38,160 nucleotides of DNA from a virus (IMGVR_UViG_3300048577_000484:1-38160); one strand, 5' to 3'. Counted from the stretch's first letter, positions 8,472-18,327 are shown. Notes: generated by a model not told the origin, from the sequence alone. Numbers and translations: made by a program.

Positions 8472-9069
8472 ATACCCCATACTTTTCAACGGCGACATGG
8501 TGCGGTCCATCCTGGCCGGAACCAAGACACAGACGCGACGGCCTGTGAAGTTCAAGGTCGGCCGCGACAATCGCTTCGACGTTCCCGGTGAGCGTTACGT
8601 CATGAATATCCGCGATCCGCGGGCCGTACAATTCTGCCCCTACGGGCAGCCCAGCGACCACCTGTGGGTGCGGGAGACGTGGCACAGCGACCGCGCGACA
8701 CACCCCATATTTGCCTTCTACCGCGCCGACGGTGACGACGGGAAGCTGCCCTGGCGGCCCTCCATCCACATGCCCCGCTGGGCATGCCGCCTGGTGCTGA
8801 AGATCACGAGCGTGCGCGTGGAGTGCGTGCAAGAGATTACCGAGGGTGGTGCCATTGATGAGGGTGCGCTCACCCTTTCGGACTTCACTGGGTACGAAGT
8901 CCTCGCTCAACTGGCCAAGGAACAGGGAAAACGCCCCCCCCTTGGTCCCTCGCCTCGTGAGCGGTTTCTTCATCTTTGGGACTCCTTGTACGCTGCCAAG
9001 GGCGCGGGGTGGGATGCCAACCCCTGGGTGTGGGTGGTCGAATTCAAGCGCGTGACGGATGCCTCATGA
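8464..9069 (+). CDS. ASCH/PUA-like phage protein
   Basis: PILFNGDMVRSILAGTKTQTRR, LWVRETW, WRPSIHMPRWACR and WDANPWVWVVEF motifs; GGAGG RBS. Confidence 0.8.
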   Translation: MREYPILFNGDMVRSILAGTKTQTRRPVKFKVGRDNRFDVPGERYVMNIRDPRAVQFCPYGQPSDHLWVRETWHSDRATHPIFAFYRADGDDGKLPWRPSIHMPRWACRLVLKITSVRVECVQEITEGGAIDEGALTLSDFTGYEVLAQLAKEQGKRPPLGPSPRERFLHLWDSLYAAKGAGWDANPWVWVVEFKRVTDAS

Positions 9070-9266
9070 TCTGGCGCATCCTCGTGCTCATGAGTTGGAC
9101 CTACGTGTTCGCCTACGTGGATAAGCATTACGGCCGCGAGGCGGCCTGGTGCCTGTCCTCGGCCATCATGGTCATCCTGTTGCCGCTTTCCGAGATTGAG
9201 CGACGGCTTGCCACTTTGGCGCAGGCCCAGTGCGACAGGACGGTCAGTAAGGAGGCCCGCAAATGA
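9066..9266 (+). CDS. Small membrane protein
   Basis: Two hydrophobic stretches; ATGA overlaps at both ends. Confidence 0.55.
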   Translation: MIWRILVLMSWTYVFAYVDKHYGREAAWCLSSAIMVILLPLSEIERRLATLAQAQCDRTVSKEARK

Positions 9267-9772
9267 CCATCGCCACCCGCAAGGGCTTGCTGGCCAAGAT
9301 CCACATCGCCAAGGCGCAGTTGGGCCTGGACGATGACGCCTACCGTGCCGTCCTGGCCGCCCACGGCGTCGAGTCCTCCAAGGACCTGGACCTGAAGGGC
9401 CTGGAGACGGTGCTCACCCACATGGAGAAGCTGGGCTGGCAGGCCAAGGTGGCCCGCTCGCGCAAGCGCGATGCGCACGGCGCGCCCAAGAACCTGGGCC
9501 GTGGCCAGGGCAAGGGCAACGCCAAGCCCTACGACCGCTCGCTGCTGCTGACGAAGATCGAGGCCCTGCTCGCGGACAAGGGCGCAGCCCAGGACGAGCA
9601 CGTGCCCTGGGACTACGCCGCCGCCATCCTGAAGCGCATGTACAAGCTGGACCGTTTGGAATGGGCCAACACCGACCAGCTGCGCGGCGTCATGGTGGCG
9701 CTGATGAAGGGTGGCAAGCGCAAGAAGCGCGTCGCGCCCCCGGTGCCCGAGGTGGACCATGCCGCGACCTGA
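9263..9772 (+). CDS. gemA: GemA / Mu gp16 (DUF1018) family protein
   Basis: LAKIHIAKAQLGLDDDAYRAVL..SSKDL signature; position before the Mor/C-like gene. Confidence 0.9.
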   Translation: MTIATRKGLLAKIHIAKAQLGLDDDAYRAVLAAHGVESSKDLDLKGLETVLTHMEKLGWQAKVARSRKRDAHGAPKNLGRGQGKGNAKPYDRSLLLTKIEALLADKGAAQDEHVPWDYAAAILKRMYKLDRLEWANTDQLRGVMVALMKGGKRKKRVAPPVPEVDHAAT

Positions 9773-10196
9773 CGCACCCGCCCACGAAATTTCAGAGGCC
9801 GTGCTGGCGCAGCTGCCTGGCGTGCTGGCCCAGGTGGCGCAGGCCGCCGGGCTCAAGGCCGCCGTGGCCGTCGCCAAGGCGCGCGGGGGTGGCCGGGCCT
9901 ACATCCCCACCCCGCAGGCCCTGCACGACAAGCACTGGCTTGCCCTGGCCGTGGGCCTGGAGGCGGCGCACGCTATCGCTAGAGCCTTGGGCGGCGGCGA
10001 GGTGGAGGTGCCGCTTGGCCCCTTTGCTGGCAACCGCGCGGCCGTGTGGGCGGCCATTGAACGCGGCCTGAAGGACGGTTTAAGCGCCGAACAGGCCGCG
10101 CGCCAGGTTGGCGTGACGGCGCGGACAGTGCGGAGGCACAAGAGCGGCGAGGCGGGCGGGCAGGAGATGCGACAGTATCAGCTACCACTCTGGTAG
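9759..10196 (+). CDS. Mor/C-like late transcription activator
   Basis: LPGVLAQVA..GG.RAYIP N-domain and C-terminal HTH (SAEQAARQVGVTARTVRRH); follows gemA. Confidence 0.8.
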   Translation: MPRPDAPAHEISEAVLAQLPGVLAQVAQAAGLKAAVAVAKARGGGRAYIPTPQALHDKHWLALAVGLEAAHAIARALGGGEVEVPLGPFAGNRAAVWAAIERGLKDGLSAEQAARQVGVTARTVRRHKSGEAGGQEMRQYQLPLW

Positions 10197-10250
10197 GGTT
10201 TGCACAGCAAAAGGTATGGATTCCGCTTAAATGCACCCCCACTTCCGCTC

Positions 10251-10280
10251 TTGCATTTTCCTCGCATTATGTTGTAAATT
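10251..10280 (+). promoter_or_regulatory. Possible sigma70-like promoter for the accessory insert
   Basis: TTGCAT-N18-TAAATT in the AT-rich intergenic region upstream of 10392. Confidence 0.35.
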
Positions 10281-10391
10281 AAACACAATTCGTACGGGTA
10301 AGGCGAAGCACGCGTTTCGCGAGTATCTTAATCGATTATAGAAGGTTACAGCCCTATTGCCCGTCCCCGACTGCGCAAAAAAGAGGTTGGC

Positions 10392-12509
10392 ATGACACCG
10401 AAATACGCAATGAAGATTTCGCGGCTTATCGTAGACAAGCTCGGAGTCAAACTTTACGACAAAGTCTCGGCGGTAATCGCAGAACTTGTTGCAAACAGCT
10501 ATGATGCGGATGCCACCGAAGTAATTGTTTCAGCTCCAATGGGTGAATTTTTGGCCTCGAAGGCGGGCAATACGGTCAAGGATAAAGGGTTTGAAATCAT
10601 TGTCACGGATGACGGCATCGGGATGACGCCAGAAGAAGTGAATAATTTTTATCTTCTGGTGGGTTCTGAGCGGCGGCGTGATGCTAGAGGAGATAAATCT
10701 CGGAAGTATGGGCGAAGTGTTATGGGCCGAAAAGGGGTCGGCAAACTCGCGCCCTTCGGCATATGCAACAAGGTTGAAGTATGGACCAGCGGCGGTGACA
10801 AGATTAAGGGAAAGGATGAGAATGGAAATATAATCGAAGGTTACATGACCGCCCACATCATCCTTGATGGGCATAAAATCATGAGTGCCTCGCGGGAAGA
10901 CTACGAACCAGAAGTCGGTGAGTTGGACGGGTTGGTCGATCCTAATCATGGCACATTCATTAGACTAAGCGAATTTTATTACAGAAAGGTTCCAGCCTTG
11001 AATGATTTTTCGAGGCAGTTGGCTCAGCGTTTTGGAATACGTCAAGATAATTGGAAAATATTCCTCACTGACAACACCAAAACCGAATCGGACGATGAGT
11101 ACGAAGTCGAGGTTGGTGACTTTGACGTTGATACAATGCCTAATACAATGATTCGATTTAACGAACCAAATCCAACAACCGTCCCCCCCAAGGCTAGCGT
11201 CCATGTCGTTATTGGCCCGGACGGGGAACCTATTCCAGATTTACATGCAGGTTTTGAGCTCGAGAGCACATTCTATCCTATCCGTGGTTGGATGGCCTAT
11301 GCTAAATCCCCATATAAAGATGAGCTAATGGCCGGTGTTCGGATATACTGTCGTGGAAAAATTGCCTCGCAGACAGCTGCCTTTGATATGAAGGCAGGCT
11401 TTACTGGCGAGCATTCCATCCGCTCCTACCTAGTTGGAGAGCTTCATGCAGACTGGTTGGATGAGGATGAAGACCTGATCCAAACCGACAGACGGGATTT
11501 GCTTTGGTCCCATGAATTAGGAATGGCCTTCCAGGAATGGGGACAAAGGATTGTCCGGCACATCGGCACTCTCTCACGTGAACCAATGCGGAAGAAGCTG
11601 TCACAACAATTTATGGAGGCTTCGCAAGCTGAAAAAAGGGTTACGGACGAATATCCAGGCAAGGAGCGAAAGGCTCTCAGGCAGAAGGCACTTTCTTTCG
11701 CAAAGTTGCTTGGAGAAAGGATTAACGCTGAAGAAATTCAAAACCCAGACGCTGTAAATTCTATGATGGATCTTGCTCTCATGATTGCTCCACATGTTGA
11801 GCTCGATGAAAAATTGCGCGAAACGGCCTCCTCGTCATCAACATCTCTGAAGTTTGCCGTCAATTTGTTAAAGACAGCAAAGGTCGCGGAGTTGGCTTCT
11901 TATGGCCGAATTGCCAAAGATCGCGTGCGTGTCATTGAGAAGCTCATCACCCTCAAGGACACACCCGAAGCAGATGAATCCGTATTCCAACAGCTCATCG
12001 AGGAAGCCCCCTGGCTTATTAATCCGCAGTGGTCCCCGATCACGTCTAATCAATCCATGGCGACACTAAAAGAAGAGTTTTCCAAGTATTACGAGAAGGA
12101 AACAGGGACGAAAATAGTGCTAAGCGATTTTAGTATGCCTAGAAAGCGTCCAGATTTCGTTTTGTCGTCGAATGGAAGGCAGCTTCAAGTCATCGAAATC
12201 AAGAGACCAGGCCACGCTCTGAAGGATGATGAGGTTGTTCGCATTGATAATTATATAAGCTGTATGACTAAGTTTCTTAATATGCCTGAGCATAAAGACT
12301 TCAAGTCTTTGTTCTATGACTTTCATGTAACTCTTGTCTGCGACAAGCTTAGTCTCGGTCGCCTTGCACAAAATACTTTTGACCTCCATCAACAAAATCA
12401 GGTACTCGATTGTATTGACTGGATAACATTTATTTTGCGAACAAGACGGGCTCACGAATCGTTCCTTGAACTTGCCAACGAGGAACGCGCTCATGCCGTT
12501 GCCGAATAA
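10392..12509 (+). CDS. GHKL (MORC/Hsp90-like) ATPase fused to a C-terminal PD-(D/E)xK nuclease-like domain
   Basis: ELVANSYDA, DDGIGM, GRKGVGK and GT GHKL motifs; helical middle region; RPDFVL..VIEIKRP nuclease motif; clearly lower GC than the flanks. Confidence 0.85.
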   Translation: MTPKYAMKISRLIVDKLGVKLYDKVSAVIAELVANSYDADATEVIVSAPMGEFLASKAGNTVKDKGFEIIVTDDGIGMTPEEVNNFYLLVGSERRRDARGDKSRKYGRSVMGRKGVGKLAPFGICNKVEVWTSGGDKIKGKDENGNIIEGYMTAHIILDGHKIMSASREDYEPEVGELDGLVDPNHGTFIRLSEFYYRKVPALNDFSRQLAQRFGIRQDNWKIFLTDNTKTESDDEYEVEVGDFDVDTMPNTMIRFNEPNPTTVPPKASVHVVIGPDGEPIPDLHAGFELESTFYPIRGWMAYAKSPYKDELMAGVRIYCRGKIASQTAAFDMKAGFTGEHSIRSYLVGELHADWLDEDEDLIQTDRRDLLWSHELGMAFQEWGQRIVRHIGTLSREPMRKKLSQQFMEASQAEKRVTDEYPGKERKALRQKALSFAKLLGERINAEEIQNPDAVNSMMDLALMIAPHVELDEKLRETASSSSTSLKFAVNLLKTAKVAELASYGRIAKDRVRVIEKLITLKDTPEADESVFQQLIEEAPWLINPQWSPITSNQSMATLKEEFSKYYEKETGTKIVLSDFSMPRKRPDFVLSSNGRQLQVIEIKRPGHALKDDEVVRIDNYISCMTKFLNMPEHKDFKSLFYDFHVTLVCDKLSLGRLAQNTFDLHQQNQVLDCIDWITFILRTRRAHESFLELANEERAHAVAE

Positions 12510-13584
12510 GTGCCATGATCGCCAGCTTACCGCTGTGGATCTCTTTGCCGGTGGAGGGGGATTAACTGTAGGTTTGAAGAATGCTGGATTTCAGGTTGCC
12601 GCAGCAGTGGAGCTAAATCCGTCCGCCTTCTCCACTTACAAAGCCAATCATCCTGAGGTGGCAACCTTCAAGCAAGACATCCGCTCTATTGAAGGCAAAA
12701 GCCTATTGAACTTGTGTCGAGGAGGAAGCGTTGACCTCTTGGCGGGATGCCCACCATGTCAGGGCTTCTGTTCGCTAACCGCCAAATACCACCGCGATGA
12801 TCCGAGAAACGAACTCGTTGGTGAAATGGCCCGCCTAATCAGGGAGCTTCATCCCAAGGCGGTCATGATGGAAAATGTCCCCGGATTAGCGTCAAGAGGT
12901 TGGCCGAAGTTCAAGGAACTGTTGGGCACTCTGGAGCAGATGGGATATATCCCTTCGTGGAAGGTTCTTGAAGTGGCTGATTATGGTGTGCCACAAAGGC
13001 GAAAGCGGTTAGTGTTGCTAGCGGGCCGCGGCTTTTCAATCCCTTTGCCTGAGCCGACCCATTCACGAAACGGAGATAAGGGACTGCAGAAGTGGAAGAC
13101 TGTTGGTGAAGTCATCCGTCGGATGCCAGAACCAGTGACCATGTCGCAAGCTTCTGCAAGAGGGGGGGCCAAGAGCTTGCATTGGCATGTTGTCAGCGAT
13201 CTTGGCGAGGTGAACCGGCGTCGCCTCGAACTTGCCATCCCCGGCGAGGGTTGGACTGAAATTCCGGAAAACTTACGTCCGAAGTGCCACCGTGGCGCCT
13301 ACGACGGATTTTCCAACGTGTATGGTCGGATGCGTTGGGATGAACCATCTCCAACCATCACTGGAGGGTGTACCACGCCGAGCAGAGGAAGATTCGGGCA
13401 TCCTGAAAGTCTACGTACCATCTCGGTCCGCGAGGCTGCACTTTTGCAGACCTTCCCCATTGACTATATTATTGACGCGGATTGCATGCTTCATGCCTGT
13501 AATATCATCGGGAATGCTCTTCCTTGCGACTTCGCGGAGGTTCTTGCTCGCAGGTGTCTAGAGGCCATGGTAGAAATCCCCTAA
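12493..13584 (+). CDS. DNA (cytosine-5) methyltransferase
   Basis: DLFAGGGG (I), GCPPCQGF (IV), ENV (VI), QRRKR (VIII), REAALLQTFP (IX), IGNA (X); start overlaps the ATPase stop region. Confidence 0.95.
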   Translation: MPLPNKCHDRQLTAVDLFAGGGGLTVGLKNAGFQVAAAVELNPSAFSTYKANHPEVATFKQDIRSIEGKSLLNLCRGGSVDLLAGCPPCQGFCSLTAKYHRDDPRNELVGEMARLIRELHPKAVMMENVPGLASRGWPKFKELLGTLEQMGYIPSWKVLEVADYGVPQRRKRLVLLAGRGFSIPLPEPTHSRNGDKGLQKWKTVGEVIRRMPEPVTMSQASARGGAKSLHWHVVSDLGEVNRRRLELAIPGEGWTEIPENLRPKCHRGAYDGFSNVYGRMRWDEPSPTITGGCTTPSRGRFGHPESLRTISVREAALLQTFPIDYIIDADCMLHACNIIGNALPCDFAEVLARRCLEAMVEIP

Positions 13585-13662
13585 CGGGGGGCACCATCGC
13601 CCTGCCCTTGACTCCCCCCGCCCCCGCATGCCATTCCCCGCATACTGCCTAATCTCCCTTCG

Positions 13663-13684
13663 CCCCTGACATTTGTCCGCGTTA
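13663..13684 (+). promoter_or_regulatory. Late-promoter activator site, copy 1 (upstream of lysis genes)
   Basis: CCCCTGACATTTGTCCGCGTTA, 20/22 identical to 22063-22084. Confidence 0.7.
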
Positions 13685-13808
13685 GAGCGCGGCCCTTGCC
13701 GAAGTAGTCTCGCCTCCGTTGCGGCGTTTCGCCGCTCATACCCCCTCCGTCTCCCTCCCGGCCTGCGCCTGGCCGGGAGGGGGGCAACGGGGAAACACGG
13801 AGGCTTCC

Positions 13809-14180
13809 ATGGATCGCATCAAGGTTTTCTTCGCTCCTTTTTTCGCCTGGCTTTCCGCCAAGGTCCACGCCTGGTTCCCGCGTATGGGCTGGAGCGCGGC
13901 CGCCACCCTCGGCCTCGGCTTCGTGGTGTTCCTCATCGCCCCGCAGCAGATCGGGGTGCTCGTCTACAAGCTCGTGTGCATCACCGCCGGGGCCGTGACC
14001 ATGTACTACGTGTTCCGCGAGCTGTTCCCCTACAACCGCCCCTCCCTGCTGCTGGAGGAGCCGGACGCCTCCGGCTTCCGCGCCATCAAGGCCGGGTGCC
14101 AGGTGCGTTACTGGATCGCCGTGGCCCTGCAAGGCCTGGCGGCCATCGCTGGCGCGCTGGCCGTGGCCCTGGCGCTGTAA
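13809..14180 (+). CDS. Putative holin
   Basis: About three TM segments, APQQIGVLVYKL motif, GGAGG RBS, first gene of the lysis cassette. Confidence 0.8.
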   Translation: MDRIKVFFAPFFAWLSAKVHAWFPRMGWSAAATLGLGFVVFLIAPQQIGVLVYKLVCITAGAVTMYYVFRELFPYNRPSLLLEEPDASGFRAIKAGCQVRYWIAVALQGLAAIAGALAVALAL

Positions 14181-14191
14181 GGGGCAAGGCC

Positions 14192-14932
14192 ATGCGTCGT
14201 CGGCTTGCCGCTCTTCTCCGCCGCATACCGGACTCTTGGTGCATGTTCGTGGGCAAGGTGCTCGGTTTTGTTGCCCAGATGGTTGCAATGGGGTTCTGGC
14301 TCGGCGTCGGCTTTACGTTCGCCGCCCTGTTGGTGCTTTCGTGGTTCTCCTGCGCCCACGCCGACACCATCCCCGCCGCGGCCCAGGAATACCGCTCCGT
14401 GGTCATCCGCGCGGCGCGGGTGGAGGGCGGCCTGAACGCCCCTGTGGCCGTGTTTGCGGCGCAGCTGGAGCAGGAGAGCGGGTGGAACCCGCAGGCCCGC
14501 TCCGTTGTGGGAGCAAGCGGCCTGGGCCAATTCATGCCCGGCACCGCAAAGGACATGGGCCGCCAGCGCCCGGACCTCGGCGTGGCTGCGCCCACCAACC
14601 CCGGCTGGGCCATCCGCGCCCTGTGCGCCTACGACCTGGCCAACCTGAAGCGCGTGCGCGCACGCACCCAGGCCGATGCCTGGGCCATGGCTCTGGCCGC
14701 CTACAACGGCGGCCTTGGCTGGGTGTACCGCGACGCCGCCCTGGCCGCACGCCAGGGCCTGGACCCGCTGACCTGGTGGGGCAGCGTGGAGACGGCCAAC
14801 GCCGGGCGCACCCTCGCCGCCAAGCGCGAGAACACCGGCTACCCCCGCGTCATTCTGCTCAAGCGGCAACCCAAGTACCTGGCCTGGGGGCCGGGCGTGC
14901 GCTGTGAGCCCAAAGCCAAGGGAGGCCGCTAA
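14192..14932 (+). CDS. Endolysin, lytic transglycosylase (SLT) with N-terminal hydrophobic anchor
   Basis: QESGWNP, GLGQFMPGT and AYNGG motifs; N-terminal TM segment. Confidence 0.9.
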   Translation: MRRRLAALLRRIPDSWCMFVGKVLGFVAQMVAMGFWLGVGFTFAALLVLSWFSCAHADTIPAAAQEYRSVVIRAARVEGGLNAPVAVFAAQLEQESGWNPQARSVVGASGLGQFMPGTAKDMGRQRPDLGVAAPTNPGWAIRALCAYDLANLKRVRARTQADAWAMALAAYNGGLGWVYRDAALAARQGLDPLTWWGSVETANAGRTLAAKRENTGYPRVILLKRQPKYLAWGPGVRCEPKAKGGR

Positions 14933-15573
14933 TGTGGGATCTCGCCAAATCCTGGGGCTCGTCCGTGTTCGGCGGCGTGAGCTGGGGCCTGGTGCTTGTG
15001 GCCGTGCTGGCCTGCCTGGCCTGCGGCTATGCCGGGTACCGCCACGGCTACGGCACGGCCAAGGCCGAAGGCGACGCCAAGTACTCGGACCTGAAGGCCG
15101 AGCAGGCCGACGCCAACCGCCTGGCCAGCGACGCCGCCCGGCGCATCATGGACGCGGAGATCATCCGCCGCGACGAGCTGGAGCGGAAGCTCTCCAAGGC
15201 GCTGGCCACGGTGGAAAGTCAAAGCAGCAAGATCACAACCGGGAGGATCGCCCATGCGTCGCAAGCTGTGGCTGTTGATGGTGGCCGTTGCGTTTTTGGC
15301 CCCGAGTGGGTGGGGCTGTTCAACGAGGCCTGGGGTTTCGGCCTCGGTGCTGGTGGCGACGCCTCCGCCTCCTCCGGCGCTGATGGAGAAGCCGCAGGAG
15401 TTCCGGCCGCTCAAGCCGGGGAGTTTCGCCAAGGCGGAGTGACCCCGGAGGACATCCAGGTCGTGAACCGCGACAACGCGCGGGCCTGCCGGGATCTCAG
15501 GGACAGGTACCTGGTGCTCGTCGAATGGGCGCAGGGCCTGCCCAAAACCACCAACGCCACGGAGGCCCCGTGA
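14932..15573 (+). CDS. Inner-membrane spanin (Rz-like)
   Basis: N-terminal TM followed by coiled coil, after the endolysin. Confidence 0.75.
   Translation: MWDLAKSWGSSVFGGVSWGLVLVAVLACLACGYAGYRHGYGTAKAEGDAKYSDLKAEQADANRLASDAARRIMDAEIIRRDELERKLSKALATVESQSSKITTGRIAHASQAVAVDGGRCVFGPEWVGLFNEAWGFGLGAGGDASASSGADGEAAGVPAAQAGEFRQGGVTPEDIQVVNRDNARACRDLRDRYLVLVEWAQGLPKTTNATEAP
15254..15442 (+). CDS. Embedded outer-membrane spanin lipoprotein (Rz1-like)
   Basis: Alternative frame inside the Rz-like gene; GGGAGG RBS; basic N-terminus, hydrophobic core, GWG-C lipobox-like site, Pro-rich tail. Confidence 0.7.
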   Translation: MRRKLWLLMVAVAFLAPSGWGCSTRPGVSASVLVATPPPPPALMEKPQEFRPLKPGSFAKAE

Positions 15574-15962
15574 CCCTCGTCGAATTCGCCACAAGTGCGA
15601 ACGCCTGGACCTTTGCCCTCACCTGCCTTGTGGGCCTGGTGCAGTGCCTGGTGCTGTGGGCGCTGTGGAGCATCCGCAAAGTATTCGTGACGTCCAAGAC
15701 CTGCGAGGACTGCCGCAAGGCTTGCCGCGGCCAGGTGGACGAGCGCTTGGCCAAGCAGGAATCAGCCTCCGGGTCGCTTCACGACAAGGTCGGCCAGGCC
15801 GCCCAAAAAGACGAGCTGGCCAAGGCCGCCACGGCGGACGAGGCCCTGCGCGGCGACATCAAGGCCCTGACGGCCACCATCGAAGGCCTGAAGGATCAGC
15901 AGCGCCGGTTGGAGCGCCAGGTGGGGCTGCTTATGGAACATCACCTTGGAGGGAGCCGGTGA
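15570..15962 (+). CDS. Membrane-anchored coiled-coil protein (Mu gp25/DUF2730-like position)
   Basis: GGAGG RBS, GTG start, one TM plus coiled coil. Confidence 0.65.
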   Translation: MTLVEFATSANAWTFALTCLVGLVQCLVLWALWSIRKVFVTSKTCEDCRKACRGQVDERLAKQESASGSLHDKVGQAAQKDELAKAATADEALRGDIKALTATIEGLKDQQRRLERQVGLLMEHHLGGSR

Positions 15963-16258
15963 ACAGCTTTGAACGCCTGTTGAACGAGGACCGCCGCCTG
16001 ATGATTCTGCGCCTGCTGGCGCAAGATTCCGGCTACCGGGCCAACGCCTATGTGCTGCGCCCGGCGCTGGACGCCGTAGGCCACGCGGTCTCCATGGACA
16101 AGGTGGAAACCGACCTGGCCTGGTTGGCCGAGCAGGGGCTCGTCACCGTGGAGCGCGTGCAGGATGTCACCGTGGGCAAGCTCACCCCGCGCGGGGCGGA
16201 CGTGGCCGCGGGCTTGGCCGTGGTGCCCGGCGTCAAGCGCCCCGAACCGGAGGCATAG
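15959..16258 (+). CDS. Mu gp26-like winged-helix protein
   Basis: EDRRLMILRLL..DLAWLAEQGL..LTPRGADVA.G..VPGVKRP pattern; GTG 15959. Confidence 0.8.
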   Translation: MNSFERLLNEDRRLMILRLLAQDSGYRANAYVLRPALDAVGHAVSMDKVETDLAWLAEQGLVTVERVQDVTVGKLTPRGADVAAGLAVVPGVKRPEPEA

Positions 16259-16261
16259 ACG

Positions 16262-16831
16262 ATGCCGCGCGCATCTTCCGTCCGCCGCCTGCCGCCCGAG
16301 CTGCGCGAGCAGATCGGCGCGCTCCTCGACCAGGGCCGCACCCTGGACGAAATCACCACGCACCTGAACCAGCTGGGCGCGGAGGTCTCCCGCTCCGCCC
16401 TGGGCCGGTACAAGCAGCACCTGGACAAGGTGGGCGAGAAGCTGCGCCGGAGCCGAGAGGTGGCCGAGGCTCTCATCGCCAAGCTGGGCAACGCGCCGGA
16501 GAGCAAGGCCCTGCGCCTCAACGTGGAGCTGATGCACGGCGTGCTCATGGATCTGGCGATCGCCGCCAGCGAGGAGGGCGAAACCGGCGAAGGGGCCGAA
16601 GGCAAGCCCGTGAGCCTGGAGCCCATGGGGGCCATGCTGCTCTCCAAGGCCCTTGACCATTTGGCGCGCGCCAGCAAGGCCGACGCCGAGCTGGTGGCCA
16701 AGATCAAGGAGCAGGCCGAAGCCTCGGCGCGCAAGGCCGCCGCCGAAACCGCCGTCACAGCCGCGCGCAAGGGCGGCCTCTCCGCCGAATCGGCGGACGC
16801 CATCCGCCGCGAGATCCTGGGGATCAAATGA
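16262..16831 (+). CDS. Terminase small subunit (Mu gp27/DUF3486-like)
   Basis: SSVRRLPPE..VSRSALGRY..GLS..IRREILGI pattern; precedes the large terminase. Confidence 0.85.
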   Translation: MPRASSVRRLPPELREQIGALLDQGRTLDEITTHLNQLGAEVSRSALGRYKQHLDKVGEKLRRSREVAEALIAKLGNAPESKALRLNVELMHGVLMDLAIAASEEGETGEGAEGKPVSLEPMGAMLLSKALDHLARASKADAELVAKIKEQAEASARKAAAETAVTAARKGGLSAESADAIRREILGIK

Positions 16832-18327
16832 CCACGCCCATAAACGCATTGGCCAATGCCCCGGCCGTCTTGCTGTCCTACCAGCAGGATTGGGTTGCGG
16901 ACCTCTCCCCCGTCAAGGTGGGCGAGAAGAGCCGCCGCGTGGGCTTTTCCTGGGCAGAGGCCGGCGACTGCGCCCTCATCGCCGGGTCCATGCCCGGCGC
17001 GGGCGGCATGGACTGCTGGTACGTGGGCTACAACCAGGACATGGCCAAGGAGTTCATCCGCGACGTGGCGGATTGGGCGCGCCAATACAGCCTGGTGGCC
17101 ACGGAGGTGCAGGAGGAATACCTGAAGGACGAGGACAAGGACATCCTCACCTTCGTGGTGCGCTTCGCCTCCGGCTTCCGCGTCACGGCTCTTTCCAGCC
17201 GCCCCAGCAACCTGCGCGGCAAGCAGGGCGTGGTCATCATCGACGAGGCCGCGTTCCACGAACAGCTGGAGGAGCTGCTCAAGGCCGCCTTCGCCCTGCT
17301 CATATGGGGTGGCAAGGTGCGCATCATCAGCACCCACAACGGCACGGACAACCCCTTCAACGAGCTGGTGCTCGACATCCGCGCCGGAAAGAAGCCCTAC
17401 AGCCTGCACCGTGTGGAATTCCGCGCCGCCGTGGCCCAGGGGCTGTACCAGCGCATATGCCTGGTGAGCGGCAAGACCTGGACGCCCGAGGCCGAAACCG
17501 CTTGGGTGCGTGAGCTGTACGAGTTCTACGGCGAGTCCGCCTCGGAGGAACTGGATGTCATCCCGCGCGCGGGCGGCGGGGCCTGGCTCACGCGGGCGCT
17601 CATCGAATCGGCCATGCAGGAAGGCGTGCCGGTGTTCCGCCTGGCCAAGCCCGACGAGTTCACCTTGCTGCCCGCGCATATCCGCGAGGCGGAGATCCGC
17701 GACTGGTGCGAGGAGTTCCTTGCCCCGGCGCTGGCCGCCCTGGACCCCGGCCAGGACCACTTTTTGGGCGAGGACTTCGCCCGCTCCGGCGACCTGACCG
17801 ACCTGTGCCCCCTGGCCCAGGCGCAGAACCTGGGCCTGCGCACGCCTTTCGTGGCGGAGCTGCGCAACATCCCCTTTGAGCAGCAGCGCCAGGTCTTGTT
17901 CTACATCGGCGACCGGCTGCCGCGTTTCCGCGCCGCCGCGCTCGATGCGCGCGGCAATGGCCAGTATCTGGCAGAGGTGGCCGCGCAACGCTACGGCGGC
18001 GAGCGCATCGCCCAGGTGATGCTCTCCCAGGAGTGGTACCGGGAGAACATGCCCCCGCTCAAGGCCGCCCTGGAGGACAAGACCCTTTCGGGCTTGCCCA
18101 AGGATGCGGACCTGCTGGCCGACCTGCGCGCTGTGCGCATGGAAAAGGGTGTGGCCAAGGTGCCGGACAACGCCCGCGTGCGCGGCGCGGACGGCCGCGA
18201 CCGCCACGGAGACTTTGCCGTGGCCCTGGCCATGGCCCACTTTGCCGTGCGGACCATGGAGCCCACCCCCATTGAATTCCAGTCCCTGAACCAGGCGCGC
18301 TTCAGCACGCGCTTGGCCGACTACTAG
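16828..18327 (+). CDS. Terminase large subunit (Mu gp28-like)
   Basis: KSRRVGFSW Walker A-like, VIIDEAAF Walker B, nuclease motifs GEDFAR and HGD. Confidence 0.93.
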   Translation: MTTPINALANAPAVLLSYQQDWVADLSPVKVGEKSRRVGFSWAEAGDCALIAGSMPGAGGMDCWYVGYNQDMAKEFIRDVADWARQYSLVATEVQEEYLKDEDKDILTFVVRFASGFRVTALSSRPSNLRGKQGVVIIDEAAFHEQLEELLKAAFALLIWGGKVRIISTHNGTDNPFNELVLDIRAGKKPYSLHRVEFRAAVAQGLYQRICLVSGKTWTPEAETAWVRELYEFYGESASEELDVIPRAGGGAWLTRALIESAMQEGVPVFRLAKPDEFTLLPAHIREAEIRDWCEEFLAPALAALDPGQDHFLGEDFARSGDLTDLCPLAQAQNLGLRTPFVAELRNIPFEQQRQVLFYIGDRLPRFRAAALDARGNGQYLAEVAAQRYGGERIAQVMLSQEWYRENMPPLKAALEDKTLSGLPKDADLLADLRAVRMEKGVAKVPDNARVRGADGRDRHGDFAVALAMAHFAVRTMEPTPIEFQSLNQARFSTRLADY

